64,000 nucleotides of DNA from Dictyostelium discoideum (taxonomy: Eukaryota). Location of the stretch: contig CM000150.2 in NCBI GenBank assembly GCA_000004695.1, positions 896,001 to 960,000 on the forward strand. The letters run 5' to 3'. Position numbers and translations under genes: made by a program. Under the pieces are notes generated by a model. It was not told the DNA's origin, ran no database searches, and saw only the letters and a list, made by a program, of their open reading frames with translations. This document shows positions 62,769-64,000 of the stretch, one piece after another (the stretch's first letter is position 1; each line of letters opens with the position of its first letter).

Positions 62769-63376
62769 GAACTTGGGGGGAAAAAAAAAAAAAAAATAAA
62801 AAAAAAAAAAAAAATAAAAAAAGAATAAATAAGTAAATAAATAAAACAAAACTTTTAGAAACATGTGTTGAAATAAAATAAAGTAAAATAAAATGAAGTA
62901 AAATAAAGTAAAATAAAATAAAATAAAATAAAATAAAATAAAATAAAATAAAATAACCAACTAAAAAATACAGATTTTTTCAAAACTGTTTTTTTATTTT
63001 TAATTTTTTATTTTTTTTTTTAATTTTTTTTTTTTTTTTAATTTTTTTTCAAAAAAAAAAGATTGTGGGATAAATTGACAACTTATTTTTGGGATTTTTT
63101 TTTTTAAGGAATCATTTTTTTAAAGTATTTTGGATTATGGGTTTTAAATAGAATTGATTTTCAAAACCCATAATCCAAAATACTTTAAAAAAATTCCAAA
63201 AATCGATATTTTTTTGTAATTACGTGTTTATTTTTATTTTTATTTTTTATTTTTTTAAAACAAAAAAAAAAAAAAAAAAAAAAAATTTCCCTATAAATAA
63301 AAAAAAAAAAAAAAATTTAAAATTATAATTTAAAAATAAACAAATAAAAAAAATAAATAAATAAAAACAAATCAAA

Positions 63377-64000
63377 ATGTCAAAATCAATTATTTCAGTA
63401 TTCGGCGCTACAGGACAACAAGTAAAGTATAATTTATTATTTATTTACTTTTAATTTTTTTTTTTTTTTTTTTTCATTTCAATAAATTAATTAATATTCA
63501 TTTTTTATTATTATTTTATTTTAAAAGGGTGGTTCAGTTGTTGGTGAATTATTGAAAGTTGGTAATTTTAAAGTTCGTGCATTAACAAGAAATCCAGATA
63601 GTGAAGTTGCCAAAAAATTAAAAGAAAAAGGTGTTGAAGTTGTTAAATGTGATGATAGTGATTCCAAAGAGGCAATTCAAGAAGCCTTAAAAAATAGTTA
63701 TGGTATATTTAGTGTAACATTTCCATTTGGTAAAAATGAGAGTGAAGATGAAATTGGTAAAAAGGTAGCCGATGCAGCATTGGGTGCCGGTGTAAAACAC
63801 TTTGTTTTCAGTGGCCTTGCTCCATGTAATGAAATTTCTAATGGTCGTTATGATGTACCTCATTTTGATAATAAACACAAAGTTGAGATGTATGCTAGAC
63901 AATTGTCAAAAGAAAATCCATCATTTGTAAGCTCATTTGTTTATGCACCATTCTATTACCAAAATTTTAAAACTTACTTCCAACCAAAGAAATCCAATGA
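63377..64000 (+). CDS. NmrA-like NAD(P)-binding family protein, 5' part, running off the window. Exon 1 approximately 63377..63421, exon 2 from about 63528.
   Basis: MSKSIISVFGATGQQ|GGSVVGELLKVGNFKVRALTRNPDSEVAKKLKEKGVEVVKCD... has a Rossmann GxxGxxG and NmrA/HSCARG-like order. Dictyostelium PadA is of this type, so it is possibly padA. Intron CAA|GTAAAG...ttaaaag|GGT. Confidence 0.6.

Overview
The window reads as nuclear DNA of a dictyostelid amoeba, very probably Dictyostelium discoideum. It is about 22% GC and full of (AAT)n, (CAA)n and (TCA)n tracts that encode poly-N, poly-Q and poly-S inside ORFs. Its introns are short and AT-rich, with GTAAGT, GTATGT or GTAAAT donors and AG acceptors. 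There are no prokaryotic defence or CRISPR systems here, so I treated this as eukaryotic gene annotation.

I can support about 25 protein-coding genes, one tRNA and one retroelement. Genes I recognise with reasonable confidence:
- coronin (445 aa)
- a 5-exon Miro/GemA mitochondrial Rho GTPase
- a Tsr3 ribosome-biogenesis protein
- a CWC27-type cyclophilin
- a T7-phage-type mitochondrial RNA polymerase
- a CPR-family FAD/NADPH reductase module
- a short MetE-like protein
- an NmrA-like protein
- an ATP-synthase subunit g-like ORF
- a Mrr-type PD-(D/E)xK nuclease-fold protein

One tRNA-Ser(UGA) has a 5'-truncated tRNA-targeted non-LTR retroelement inserted about 70 bp downstream. The element has a poly(A) tail and a 16-bp target-site duplication.

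The most notable item is a cluster of six paralogous low-complexity genes between about 3.1 and 46.8 kb. They lie in mixed orientation and share an N-terminal I-x-(L/I)-Y...CxC-x-LC block, an F-x-(S/T)G...RG(Y/F)W block, a C-x9-11-C-x5-6-C-x2-H knuckle and a conserved C-terminal module whose intron position differs between members. I do not recognise this family.

All intron boundaries are hand-derived and may be off by 1-3 nt.
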